DNA from: Candidatus Danuiimicrobium aquiferis
Lineage (GTDB): Bacteria; Omnitrophota; Omnitrophia; Omnitrophales; Danuiimicrobiaceae
Direction: 5' to 3'
Length of the DNA stretch: 64,000 nucleotides
Assembly: GCA_001804285.1 (NCBI GenBank)
Contig: MHFR01000042.1
Span: 14,725 to 78,724 of the forward strand
Both the position numbers and the translations under genes were made by a program. Below the pieces are notes generated by a model that had not been told where the DNA came from, made no database searches, and saw only the letters and a list, made by a program, of their open reading frames with translations. Positions 15,192-24,514 of the stretch are shown in pieces (the first letter of the stretch is position 1; each line of letters opens with the position of its first letter).

Positions 15192-15920
15192 ATGAACATT
15201 ACCTTATCCAACAAAACCATCCTCATCACCGGCGGAACGGGTGCGCTTGGGCGGGCTTTTGTGGAAAGTGCCTGCAAGGAAGGTGCTCAAGTTTTTTTTA
15301 CCTATTTTCGCCACTCGGAAGAAGCTAAACGTTTGGAAACCTTGGGCGCAAAAGGATTTCATGTTGATTTGGCTCAACGGTCTGAAATCGATCGTTTGGT
15401 AAGGGATCTCAGCGCTTGTACGATGGAATTAGACGCGGTGATTCACAATGCCGCGATTGTGCGCGACAAGACGCTCGCAAATCTTTCAACGGAAGACTGG
15501 GATGAGGTGTTGGCTGTCAATTTAGATGCCGTATATTATTTGACAAAGCAATTGTTGCCGATAATCACGAGAAAGCCGGGCGCTAAAATTTTGAATATTG
15601 TCAGCCGAGTCGGTTTGCGCGGTAATTTTGGGCAAGTGAATTATGCGGCGGCCAAAGGTGGATTGATTGCATTAACGAAAACGCTTGCGAAAGAGTTAGG
15701 ACGAAAAGGGATTTTGGTGAACGGATTGAATCCCGGTTTTATGAAATCGGAATTGACGAAAGGTCTTCCTGAGGATGTGATTGAGCGGAATGTGAAGGAA
15801 AGTCCGCTTCGGACAATTTCTGATCCCAAAGAAGTCAGCGATTTTTTAATTTATTTGTTATCGGATCATGTTCAACATGTTACCGGCCAGATTTTTCATT
15901 ATGATTCAAGGAGTGTTTGA
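15192..15920 (+). CDS. 3-oxoacyl-ACP reductase-like short-chain dehydrogenase (FabG-like) in bio locus
   Basis: It carries 'TGGTGALG' Rossmann and YxxxK-type SDR motifs. ATG 15192 is preferred because the ORF-track start at 15132 lies inside the MITE. Confidence 0.75.
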   Translation: MNITLSNKTILITGGTGALGRAFVESACKEGAQVFFTYFRHSEEAKRLETLGAKGFHVDLAQRSEIDRLVRDLSACTMELDAVIHNAAIVRDKTLANLSTEDWDEVLAVNLDAVYYLTKQLLPIITRKPGAKILNIVSRVGLRGNFGQVNYAAAKGGLIALTKTLAKELGRKGILVNGLNPGFMKSELTKGLPEDVIERNVKESPLRTISDPKEVSDFLIYLLSDHVQHVTGQIFHYDSRSV

Positions 15921-15946
15921 AAAAAACAAGAGGGAGAAAGTAAAAA

Positions 15947-16297
15947 ATGGGAACAAAGAGAAACAAACAGTGTTTAAAGATGATGGTTGCATTGATCATA
16001 TTTTTTGTGTTGCATCAGGGCTGGACATGCGCAGCGGCCGGTGAAAAAGATAATGATTTAAGTAAAAAGGTTGATCAGCAAGTGTTCAATATGGCGTGTC
16101 CGATTATAAAAGGAATTACTCTGAACGATGTAGATCGCATTATTCAAGAGTTTCGGCAATCGAAAATATATATATGGGTAAAAGAAAAATATTCCGGTAT
16201 CGATCAAAAAATCGACGAGTATAAGAAAGGTATCATTGAGTTGAAGGCGAAGTGCGAACAAAAAACCGGAAGCGAGAAGAACACTAACTCTGGGTAA
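15947..16297 (+). CDS. Small secreted hypothetical protein
   Basis: 116 aa with an N-terminal signal peptide. It is not an ACP, since it lacks the DSL motif. Confidence 0.35.
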   Translation: MGTKRNKQCLKMMVALIIFFVLHQGWTCAAAGEKDNDLSKKVDQQVFNMACPIIKGITLNDVDRIIQEFRQSKIYIWVKEKYSGIDQKIDEYKKGIIELKAKCEQKTGSEKNTNSG

Positions 16298-16328
16298 TTA
16301 TTTAGAGATTTGAAGTTATTAATAAATT

Positions 16329-16376
16329 CCCTCACCCTAACCCTCTCCCTCGGGGAGAGGGCAGGGGTGAGGGGTG
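16329..16376 (+). repeat. GC-rich nested palindrome family B (ccctcaccc..ccctctccc-tcgg-ggagaggg..gggtgaggg)
   Basis: The same architecture occurs at 26835-26881. An expanded copy sits in-frame in the GH1 gene at 22981-23140. Confidence 0.8.
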
Positions 16377-16406
16377 ATCCGGGCGAATAAATCAAAAAGG
16401 GAATCC

Positions 16407-17618
16407 ATGAATAAAGTTGTTATTACCGGCATTGGAGTGGTTTCGCCGATCGGGAACAATGCGGATGAATTTACAAGATCCCTGAAACAGGGAATCGTGG
16501 GCCGCCGGAGCCTTCATGAAGCCAATCCGGAGCGGTTCAAAGAGTTTGATGCGGATGAAATAGCGTTTCCTCTCTCCGGTTTTAAGCCGCCTCCTTACGC
16601 GAAAATTCTCGATCCGAATATTCAATATTCCATGGCTGCAACGGAAGAAGCGCTTTCAGATAGCCGGCTTGATTTATCATGGGTGGATCATGAACGGATC
16701 GGAATTGCGGTCAGCTCAAGCAAGGGCGGGATGTACACGTTTGAACATTATAATGAACGGATGCAGAATAGGCCGAGCGCTTTGGTGGCGGCACGCGTTT
16801 ATGCAAATTTACTTCCGAATATTGCGACGCAATGGATTGCGCGGCATTGGGAACTCCGCGGACCGGCAAAAGTGGCGGTGGCGGCTTGCGCAACGGGTTT
16901 ATTTGCAATCATCGAAGGAATTCGGATGATTGAACAGGGAGAGGCCGATTGCTGTATTGCGGGTGCGGGAGATGCCTCGCTAACGAGACTGATGCTTGCC
17001 GGTTACCGGCAAATGGGAGTTTTGTCAAAAAATAAAATGATCCGGCCGTATGATCTGCGGCGTGACGGGTTTCTGATCGGAGAAGGGGCGGGCATTTTAA
17101 TTCTGGAAAGCGAGGTGTATGCGAAAGCACGGAAAGCCAATTGTTATGGGAAAGTGCGCGCGCATGTTTATGGGTTTGAACCGTCTCATCCGATTTCATT
17201 TGATGAGCGGAGTAACGGCCTTGAACGATGTTTGCAGGAACTTTTGAAGCGGGGAGGGATTAAGCCGCGCGAAATTGATTATTTAAATTTACATGGTACC
17301 GGGACGCAAAGCGGCGACCGTTACGAAACGGCGCAAATCAAAAAAGCCTTTGGACAGGATGCGTATCAGATTCCGGCAAGCTCAACAAAATCGATGACGG
17401 GACACATGGTCGGCGCTTCGGGCGCCGTGGAAGTGATTACTTCTTTGATTGCGATGCGGGACGGGTTTATTCCGCCGACAGCAAATTTGGAAATACCGGA
17501 TCCGGTTTGCGATCTTGATTGCACGCCGCTTCGTTCCAAGGATAAGAAAATCAATTTGGCATGCTCGATTTCACTCGGTTTCGGCGGTCAACTGGCGGCA
17601 ATATTGCTTGAGAAGTAA
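16407..17618 (+). CDS. Beta-ketoacyl-ACP synthase I/II-type condensing enzyme (FabF/FabB-like) in bio locus
   Basis: It has the Cys-His-His triad: 'AACATG', 'HGTGTQSGD' and 'GHMVGASGAVE'. The start is ATG 16407, 'MNKVVITGIGVVSPIG'. Confidence 0.8.
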   Translation: MNKVVITGIGVVSPIGNNADEFTRSLKQGIVGRRSLHEANPERFKEFDADEIAFPLSGFKPPPYAKILDPNIQYSMAATEEALSDSRLDLSWVDHERIGIAVSSSKGGMYTFEHYNERMQNRPSALVAARVYANLLPNIATQWIARHWELRGPAKVAVAACATGLFAIIEGIRMIEQGEADCCIAGAGDASLTRLMLAGYRQMGVLSKNKMIRPYDLRRDGFLIGEGAGILILESEVYAKARKANCYGKVRAHVYGFEPSHPISFDERSNGLERCLQELLKRGGIKPREIDYLNLHGTGTQSGDRYETAQIKKAFGQDAYQIPASSTKSMTGHMVGASGAVEVITSLIAMRDGFIPPTANLEIPDPVCDLDCTPLRSKDKKINLACSISLGFGGQLAAILLEK

Positions 17619-17623
17619 ACGCT

Positions 17624-17880
17624 TGTCTCATTAACTCCTCGGCGCTCGGACAACGTCCGCCAAGGGCGGCCGAACTCGCGGCGAGGAGTTAATGAGACAA
17701 CTGGTTTACATCTACTCATAATTGTCATTCCCGCGGAAGCGGGAATCCAGACGCCGCTTTGGGCTCCCCGGACTTGTCCGGGGGGGAATGGCGCCCGAAG
17801 GGCGAGCCGAGCAGGGAACGAAAAAATTCCCAGCGAGGCCAGATGTTGGAAGGTGCCCCGGGCTTGCCCGGGGGGAAACC
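17624..17880 (+). repeat. Repeat-packed intergenic region: 19-bp-stem palindrome (ttgtctcattaactcctcg...cgaggagttaatgagacaa), half copy of MITE family A (17724-17750), and two ccccgg..ccgggg hairpins
   Basis: The inverted repeats were read directly from the sequence. The 'ccgaactcgcgg' core recurs at 22054-22080 and 22165-22176. Confidence 0.7.
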
Positions 17881-17903
17881 ACATTTATAGTTAAGGAGCG
17901 ATT

Positions 17904-19043
17904 GTGAAATTTGATTGGATTCGTAAAGAGCTTGAAAGCCTTTCGGACAAGAGCCTCTACCGCAAACCGCGGCTTCATGAAAACATTCAGGGAACACACG
18001 CCACCGTTGACGGGCGCGAGGTGATTTTATTTTCCGGAAATAATTATTTAAATTTGAGTCAGCATCCGAAAGTCATAGAAGCGGCGAAGTGCGTGCTTGA
18101 GACGCACGGTGTCGGTGCCCGGAGCGCCCGGCTTATTTCGGGAACAACGGATTGGCATGTTCGTCTCGAAGAGCGGATGGCGAAATTTCTAGGCAAAGAA
18201 CGTGCGCTCGTATTTTCCGCGGGCTATCTGACCAATGTCGGAACGATTCCCGCGCTTGCGGGCGAAGAAGACCTCATTATTATGGACAAGCTGAATCACG
18301 CGTCTCTTATTGATGCCGCAAAATTAAGCAGCGCGGCGATTCGAGTGTATCCGCATTTGAATATGGATTATTTGGAAAAACTTTTGAAAGGCGCCAAGGC
18401 CCGACGGATTTGGATTGTGACTGATTCCGTATTTAGCATGGACGGAGACCTTGCACTTCTTCCCGAACTTATCCGCCTGAAAAATCAATATGGCGCATAC
18501 TTGGTTGTCGACGAGGCGCATGGCGTTGGCGTGTTCGGGAAAAACGGTTGCGGTGTCTGTGAGTATTTCGGTATTTCGGATGAGGTGGATGTTTTAATGG
18601 GAACACTTTCCAAGGCGATCGGCGGACTCGGAGGATTTGTCGCGGGGAAAACGGAATTGATTGAATATTTAATCAATCATGCGCGGACTTTTCTTTTTGC
18701 GACGGCTTTGCCGCCTTCGATTTGCGCGGCTTGCGTTCAAGCGATCGATTTGATTGAAAGCGAACCTGTTCTTCGTCAAACATTATGGCGAAACGTTGAT
18801 TTGCTGATGAGCGGCTTAAAGAAAGCGCATGCCCCGATTTTAGAAACCCGGTCTCCGATCATTCCTGTTATTTTTGGTGACGAGAAAAAAACGCTCGATG
18901 CCAGCAAATATCTTTTTGACCACGGATTTTTTGTGCCTGCCATCCGTTACCCGACGGTTGCCAAAGGCAAAGCCCGGCTCCGCATTACCCTTTCAAGTGC
19001 GCATACCGAAGTCGAAATACAGGCGCTGGTTGCTTCGTTCTAA
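17904..19043 (+). CDS. bioF: 8-amino-7-oxononanoate synthase
   Basis: GTG start follows an RBS 'aaggag'. The sequence is a class-II aminotransferase-like AONS carrying the PLP-Lys region 'TLSKAIGGLGG'. Confidence 0.85.
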   Translation: MKFDWIRKELESLSDKSLYRKPRLHENIQGTHATVDGREVILFSGNNYLNLSQHPKVIEAAKCVLETHGVGARSARLISGTTDWHVRLEERMAKFLGKERALVFSAGYLTNVGTIPALAGEEDLIIMDKLNHASLIDAAKLSSAAIRVYPHLNMDYLEKLLKGAKARRIWIVTDSVFSMDGDLALLPELIRLKNQYGAYLVVDEAHGVGVFGKNGCGVCEYFGISDEVDVLMGTLSKAIGGLGGFVAGKTELIEYLINHARTFLFATALPPSICAACVQAIDLIESEPVLRQTLWRNVDLLMSGLKKAHAPILETRSPIIPVIFGDEKKTLDASKYLFDHGFFVPAIRYPTVAKGKARLRITLSSAHTEVEIQALVASF

Positions 19044-19133
19044 TTTTTTTAAGCGGAAGGGGGGTGAGAATTTTTGCCTGTCCCTTTTTATTTTTGCTAA
19101 AATCGAGTCCATGAAAGTAAAGGCGTTCAACCG

Positions 19134-20597
19134 ATGACACAAAATCATTCTTCATTTAGAGATCTTGTTAATTTCGTCGTCCGGAATGGCGAAATGAGAA
19201 ATCGATTATTATTCACGGCGGGCATCCTCATCCTTTTTAAGCTGGCGTCTTTCATTCCGCTTCCGGGCATTGATATTGTTAGCGCTCGGGAATTTGCGGA
19301 AAGTTCGTTTATGCAATTGTCCAAGTTTGAATATTTATCTAAAGTATCCGTGTTGATGTTGGGAACGGCTCCGTTTCTTTCCGCGTGTTTATTAATCCAA
19401 TTTGCGACGGCCGTCATTCGTCCATTAAGAGCCGCGTCTTTTGGCGGTGAGGTGGGAAGAGAATTGATCACGCGATTGACGATTTTGATTGCCTTAATCT
19501 TGAGTTTGATTCAGGGCTTATTGATCGGTCAATTGCTCGAACAGCCCAATTCCTTCGGCGGCGGTGTTTTAGTTCCGAGTCCCGGTTGGGGATTCCGGCT
19601 GATGTGTATGCTCACTATGACGGCTGCAACGGTGTTGATTTATTTCGCTGCGCAAGCAATTCATCGGTATGGAATCGGAAACGGATTTGCGCTGATGACC
19701 GTTTTGTATGTTCCGTTCGAATTTATTTTTGCCGTTCGAAAAACAATCGCTGAAATTCAAATAAAAATGGTTTCAATCGAAGGGTTTATTATTTCCGGTA
19801 TCTTGGGGATTCTTTTTTTTGTGGCGCTTCTTTTAATGTCAAAGGTAAAAGAAAGGATTCCGTTAGTCAAGAACGGAAGCGACGCCGGAGAAATCGGCGT
19901 AAGGCTGACGATGGCCGGCAAGATGCCTTTTGTTTTGGCTGGAGTGATGATGATGCTTCCGAGCGTTTTGAGTATTTATAGAAATATTCCAATGTTAGAT
20001 CAGGCCTACAGTGTCATCACGAAAAATGGTTATGCCGAGAAAGGACTGTACGTCCTCTTTATATTTATTTTTACGCGCTTTTATTTCCTTCTTGTCTTTG
20101 ATACAAAATATGTTTGTTCGCTGATCCATCGGTATGGTTATCAAATCAAAACTGCAGGGGGCCATGAATCCGAGACGAAATTTTTATCCGTACGGTTAAA
20201 GAAAATGCAAACCGGAGCGGGGCTGTTTTTAACATTCGTTTTTCTTTTTCCGGTTTTTGCGATCTCTCTTGCGAAGCCTGAAAATTCTCTCATTTTATTT
20301 ATCCGCGATATTGGTCTTCTTTTACTGATCGGTGTTGCGCTTGATTTTCTGGCGCAGATTAAATTTTTAAAATTGAAATACGATTCCGGAGTCGGGAAAT
20401 GGGCCGTTGCCTATACGGCTTTCGACGAAATCGAAGCGGATGTGAAGCGTATATTTTTGAACGGGAATGAAATTCCGGCACTTATCGAACCGCTTCGATT
20501 TTCCTGGGGGCTTCCCATCCGGACGATGGTGGACGAGTACCGGTTGTATGTGCCGGGGGAGAAGGTTGAGGAGGCGCGGAGAGTGCTTGAAAGATAA
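19134..20597 (+). CDS. Divergent SecY-like protein with C-terminal DUF2007-like domain
   Basis: SecY transmembrane signatures are conserved: 'RLLFTAGILILFKLASFIPLPGID', 'LGTAPFLSACLLIQ', 'RYGIGNGFALM' and 'LLLIGVALDFLAQI'. The extra ~75 aa 'WAVAYTAFDEIEADVKRIFLNGNEIPALIEPL...EYRLYVPGEKVEEARRVL' resemble DUF2007. It does not lie in a ribosomal spc operon. Confidence 0.65.
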   Translation: MTQNHSSFRDLVNFVVRNGEMRNRLLFTAGILILFKLASFIPLPGIDIVSAREFAESSFMQLSKFEYLSKVSVLMLGTAPFLSACLLIQFATAVIRPLRAASFGGEVGRELITRLTILIALILSLIQGLLIGQLLEQPNSFGGGVLVPSPGWGFRLMCMLTMTAATVLIYFAAQAIHRYGIGNGFALMTVLYVPFEFIFAVRKTIAEIQIKMVSIEGFIISGILGILFFVALLLMSKVKERIPLVKNGSDAGEIGVRLTMAGKMPFVLAGVMMMLPSVLSIYRNIPMLDQAYSVITKNGYAEKGLYVLFIFIFTRFYFLLVFDTKYVCSLIHRYGYQIKTAGGHESETKFLSVRLKKMQTGAGLFLTFVFLFPVFAISLAKPENSLILFIRDIGLLLLIGVALDFLAQIKFLKLKYDSGVGKWAVAYTAFDEIEADVKRIFLNGNEIPALIEPLRFSWGLPIRTMVDEYRLYVPGEKVEEARRVLER

Positions 20598-20608
20598 GAA
20601 AAAAATTC

Positions 20609-20694
20609 AATGACCAAGCACGCAATAACCAAAGAAATTTCAAAATTTCAAATCCCAATTGGGTATTATTCGTTTGGGATTTTATTGGTCATTG
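20609..20694 (+). repeat. MITE family C copy (aatgaccaa...ttggtcatt)
   Basis: It shares termini and internal 'aaagaaat..tcccaattggg' blocks with the copy at 15030-15155. Confidence 0.65.
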
Positions 20695-20743
20695 GAGTTT
20701 TATATATAATATAATTTCGACGACTAATAAAATACCAAACCCT

Positions 20744-21979
20744 ATGAACAAAATACTCATTATCGGCGGCGGACCGGCAGGGATGATGGCGGCGATTCGT
20801 GCCGCGGAATTGAAACAAGATGTGACGATCGTCGAAAAAAATAATTCGCTTGGCCGCAAATTGTTACTCACCGGAAACGGCAGATGCAATCTCACCAACG
20901 CTTGCGATCTCAATTCCTTTCTTGAATCCTGCTCAAACAACGATTTTTTGAGAGGCGCGTTTAAACATTTTTTCAACCGGGAATTGATGGCGTTTTTCGA
21001 ATCACGCGGGCTTAAATTAAAAATGGAAGAAAATAACCGGGTTTTTCCCGTGACAGATCGCGCACAAAGCGTTCTTGAGATATTACAGAAAGAAACAGCA
21101 AAATATAAAATCAACGTGCTGTACGGGCTTAATATTAAAGAGCTATTGGTTAAAAATGAGAAAGTTTCCGATGTTTTTCTTTCGGACGGAAAAACATTAT
21201 TGGCAGATAAAATTATTTTAGCAACCGGCGGAGCGAGCTATCCGTCAACGGGTTCTAACGGAGAAGGGATCCGAATAGTGGGCCGTTTGGGGCATGAGAT
21301 TATTCCGCTCCGGGCCGGCCTCGCTTCTATGGAAATAAAAGAAGCGTATCCTAAAGCATTGGAAGGGCTTACTTTACAGAAAATCCGGCTCCGGTTTCAT
21401 AGTGATAAAAACGAGATATATTCACCCGTTGGAGATATTTTATTTACAAAAAATGGAATTTCAGGGCCGCTTGTTTTATCGTTAAGTGGGAAAGTTGGAG
21501 GATGGTTTGGCGGATCTCAAAAGGTTTTTATCGACATTGATTTAAAGCCGGAATCCGATCAAGCAAAAATTGATTCGGAATTTCTCGCACTTCTTCAGGC
21601 AAATCCGAAGAAGCAGATAAAGAATGTTCTTCAATTGTTGATGCCGGACCGGTTTGCGGCCGTTTTGATTGACGCTGCGAAAATTCCGGGAAATAAACTT
21701 GCCAGCCAGATCAGCCGAAAAGAACGGACAGAACTCGTTTCTTTAATCAAAGGGTTCCGGATGGAAATTTTGAAAACAGCGCCGATAGATAAAGCCATGA
21801 TTACCTGCGGCGGAGTTTCGACGAGAGAGATTAATCCGTTGACGATGGAATCGAAAATAGTTCGCGGGCTTTATTTCGCGGGAGAAATGATTGATGTGGA
21901 TGGCGACTCGGGCGGTTTTAATTTGCAGATCGCATTTTCAACCGGTTATTTAGCCGGGCAATCTGCGGCCAGCGAATGA
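20744..21979 (+). CDS. HI0933-family (BaiN-like) NAD(P)/FAD-dependent flavoprotein
   Basis: 'ILIIGGGPAGMMAAIRAAE' and 'TGNGRCNLTN' are diagnostic of the HI0933 family. Confidence 0.8.
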   Translation: MNKILIIGGGPAGMMAAIRAAELKQDVTIVEKNNSLGRKLLLTGNGRCNLTNACDLNSFLESCSNNDFLRGAFKHFFNRELMAFFESRGLKLKMEENNRVFPVTDRAQSVLEILQKETAKYKINVLYGLNIKELLVKNEKVSDVFLSDGKTLLADKIILATGGASYPSTGSNGEGIRIVGRLGHEIIPLRAGLASMEIKEAYPKALEGLTLQKIRLRFHSDKNEIYSPVGDILFTKNGISGPLVLSLSGKVGGWFGGSQKVFIDIDLKPESDQAKIDSEFLALLQANPKKQIKNVLQLLMPDRFAAVLIDAAKIPGNKLASQISRKERTELVSLIKGFRMEILKTAPIDKAMITCGGVSTREINPLTMESKIVRGLYFAGEMIDVDGDSGGFNLQIAFSTGYLAGQSAASE

Positions 21980-21990
21980 AATCAGCAGTT

Positions 21991-22080
21991 CAAGGCGGTG
22001 TTTGCCCGCTCGGACAGCGTAAAAAGCTAAGCGGGGAGACTATGCCGCTTTTTCCGAACTCGCGGAGAAACACCGCCTTG
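21991..22080 (+). repeat. Large imperfect palindrome (caaggcggtgtttgcccgctcgg ... ccgaactcgcggagaaacaccgccttg)
   Basis: It lies downstream of the flavoprotein gene and shares the ccgaactcgcgg core with 17665 and, in reverse complement, with 22165. Confidence 0.6.
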
Positions 22081-22364
22081 AGCTGCCGCTTATTATCCAA
22101 GCTACGGAAAATTTTGTTCGAGAAAAATAACAATGAAAGAAAAAAGGCGTAACATGGTGGTTATCCGCGAGTTCGGGAAAAGCGATTGACTTTCACTAAT
22201 TAGCTTTTTCCGCTGTCCGTCCTTGAGCCTCATTAAATTTTATTTATTGGGGAAGCTCAAGAACGGTACTGACTACCGAATTAATACTATCTTTGCGTTT
22301 CTTAAATGAAAGTCAGTGCCGAGCGGGAACCACCATGTTGCGCCGGTGGGTTAAGGTGTCTATG

Positions 22365-23789
22365 AAAAAGGAAAAATTTTCCTTTCCACCCAACTTCCTT
22401 TGGGGCGCAGCCACGTCCTCGCATCAAGTCGAGGGGGACAACCGGAATAATGACTGGTGGGAGTGGGAAGAAGCGGACCGGGTGAAGGAAAAATCCGGAA
22501 AAGCCTGTGACCATTGGAACCGGTTTCGTGCGGATTTTGCGCTTGCGAAATCGCTCGGCCACAACGCGCACCGGTTTTCCATTGAATGGAGCCGGATCGA
22601 GCCGGAAGAAGGCATATTCAGCGAAGAAGCGCTTTATCATTACGGTGAAATGATTAAGACGCTCCGGATATTCGGAATCGAGCCGATGGTGACATTCTAT
22701 CACTTCACGATTCCGCTTTGGTTTGCGAAAAAAGGAGGGTGGCTTCTCGATGAATCTCCCGAAATTTTTGCGCGCTATGTGAGAAAGGTGGTTGAAACAA
22801 TCGACACGCCGGTCCGTTACTGGATTACGATGAATGAAATGATGGTGTATGTCTACAAAGGATTTATTGCCGGAGAATGGCCGCCGGGTGAGAAGTCATA
22901 CGAAAAAGCATTTCGCGTGTTGGGGAATTTGTTAAGAGGGCATGTGCTTGCCTACCAAGTCATTAAAGAGATAACCGCCACTCACCCCCTCCACACTAAT
23001 GGCGGGCAAGCTAACCCTCTCCCTCAGGGAGAGGGCAGTCCAAACTCCCACAGGCAGTCCTTGCAGCGAAGCGGAGAGGGCAGTCCAAACTCCCACAGGC
23101 AGTCCTTGCAGCGAAGCGGAGAGGGCAGGGGTGAGGGGTTGGTTGGTGTTGCGCAGTTTTCGGCCGTTTATGCGCCTTGTTCAAAATGGTCGTGGCGGCA
23201 TCGCTTATCGACATGGTTCCGGGCAAAAATGACAAATCATCTTGCAACCGAAGCGATGGTTTACGGAAAAGTGAATTATCCGGGTTTGTTTCAAATTAAA
23301 CTGCCGCGTGCCAGGACGCTTGATTTTATCGGGATTAATTATTATACGCGCTATTTCATTCACAATCGCGGATTTAACGCAGCAGGCCTTTTGGGTGATG
23401 ATTGCACGCTCGAACATCATCGCGATGTGGGCAAGCGAACCATGATGGACTGGGAAATTTATCCTCGCGGACTTTCTCAGCTGGTGAAAGAATTTTCAAA
23501 ATATAAATTGCCGATTTTGATTTCCGAAAACGGAATAGCAACCGCTGATGACAATGAACGCGCGGAATTTATTCAGAATCATTTGGGCGAACTCGCTCGC
23601 GCGATGTCCGAAGGTGCAAACGTCATCGGTTACCTTTATTGGTCCCTTCTCGACAATTTCGAGTGGGCCGACGGTTTTTTCAAACGTTTTGGCCTCATTG
23701 AAATCGATTACACCAACCAGCACCGCCGCGTCCGAAAGTCCGCGGAAAAATTTGCAGAGATTTGTGCTCACGGAGAAATTTTGATATAA
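22365..23789 (+). CDS. GH1 beta-glucosidase carrying an in-frame ~55-aa insertion derived from a palindromic repeat
   Basis: GH1 motifs are intact: 'FLWGAATSSHQVEG', 'HRFSIEWSRIEP', 'TMNEM', nucleophile 'ISENG' and 'WSLLDNFEW'. ATG 22365 with RBS 'aaggtg' is the likely start. Confidence 0.8.
   Translation, partial: KKEKFSFPPNFLWGAATSSHQVEGDNRNNDWWEWEEADRVKEKSGKACDHWNRFRADFALAKSLGHNAHRFSIEWSRIEPEEGIFSEEALYHYGEMIKTLRIFGIEPMVTFYHFTIPLWFAKKGGWLLDESPEIFARYVRKVVETIDTPVRYWITMNEMMVYVYKGFIAGEWPPGEKSYEKAFRVLGNLLRGHVLAYQVIKEITATHPLHTNGGQANPLPQGEGSPNSHRQSLQRSGEGSPNSHRQSLQRSGEGRGEGLVGVAQFSAVYAPCSKWSWRHRLSTWFRAKMTNHLATEAMVYGKVNYPGLFQIKLPRARTLDFIGINYYTRYFIHNRGFNAAGLLGDDCTLEHHRDVGKRTMMDWEIYPRGLSQLVKEFSKYKLPILISENGIATADDNERAEFIQNHLGELARAMSEGANVIGYLYWSLLDNFEWADGFFKRFGLIEIDYTNQHRRVRKSAEKFAEICAHGEILI
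22981..23140 (+). repeat. Family-B GC-rich palindrome plus 48-nt perfect tandem duplication, inserted in-frame in GH1 gene
   Basis: The element runs 'ccctctccctcagggagaggg' ... 'gggcaggggtgaggggt'. The unit 'gagggcagtccaaactcccacaggcagtccttgcagcgaagcgga' occurs twice, encoding GEGSPNSHRQSLQRSG twice. Confidence 0.8.
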
Positions 23790-23890
23790 AAATAAGTTAA
23801 ATTAGAGCTGCAAATTGAGCATGAATCTCCTCTAAACATAGTGTACAATGGCGCCTCTAAAATCAGACTGAACTCGGGAGGTATTTATTT

Positions 23891-24514
23891 ATGGCATTAG
23901 CGGTGGCAAAAGAAACAGAAAAAGATCAGCTTCGGCAGAAAACGCTGGATGTGGCGAAGCGGCATAAAGCATCATGGATTGAACTTGGCCAATATCTTTA
24001 CAGCATTCATAAGGATAAACTTTTCAAAGGGTGGGGCTATTTAACATTTGAAGGGTATTGCAAAACAGAGCTCGGAATTAAAGAAACGACCGCCGCGAAG
24101 CTTCTGAAATCATATTATTTTCTTGAAAAAGAAGAACCGCAGATTGCAAAGGGAGATTTCACCGAAGAAGACACGGCGAAAACAATTCCGAATTATGAAT
24201 CAGTCAATATTTTGAGGCTTGCCAAAGAAAATAAAAATATTGCACCGGCGGATTTTGCAGATTTGCGTTCGGCCGTTATTGATTCCGCGAAAGAACCGAA
24301 GGAAGTAAAAGCGCAATACCGGAAGTTACTTTCGGACCGGGAAGTGAAGGATCCCGTTGAAGTCCGGAAAACGCGCCGGAATGCCGCGATTAAACGGCTC
24401 ATTACGATTCTTGACAATACCAAGCATGAACTTGGCAATGAACATCTTCTCCCGGATTATTTGCTCAAGCAGATCGATGATTTGAAGAAGAAGCTGCAGG
24501 ACCAATTAGAATAA
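23891..24514 (+). CDS. Hypothetical charged/coiled protein
   Basis: An RBS 'gggagg' precedes it. I recognise no family. Confidence 0.4.
   Translation: MALAVAKETEKDQLRQKTLDVAKRHKASWIELGQYLYSIHKDKLFKGWGYLTFEGYCKTELGIKETTAAKLLKSYYFLEKEEPQIAKGDFTEEDTAKTIPNYESVNILRLAKENKNIAPADFADLRSAVIDSAKEPKEVKAQYRKLLSDREVKDPVEVRKTRRNAAIKRLITILDNTKHELGNEHLLPDYLLKQIDDLKKKLQDQLE

Noticed and set aside
15947-16297. This ORF could be the acyl carrier protein expected in a Desulfovibrio-type bio/fab cluster.
   Set aside because: The protein has a signal peptide and no DSL phosphopantetheine-attachment motif. It is not an ACP.
23205-23420. The minus-strand ORFs overlapping the GH1 gene at 23011..23247 and 23205..23420 could be genes.
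   Set aside because: They are generated by the inserted palindromic repeat and the antisense frame of GH1. They have no coding signal.
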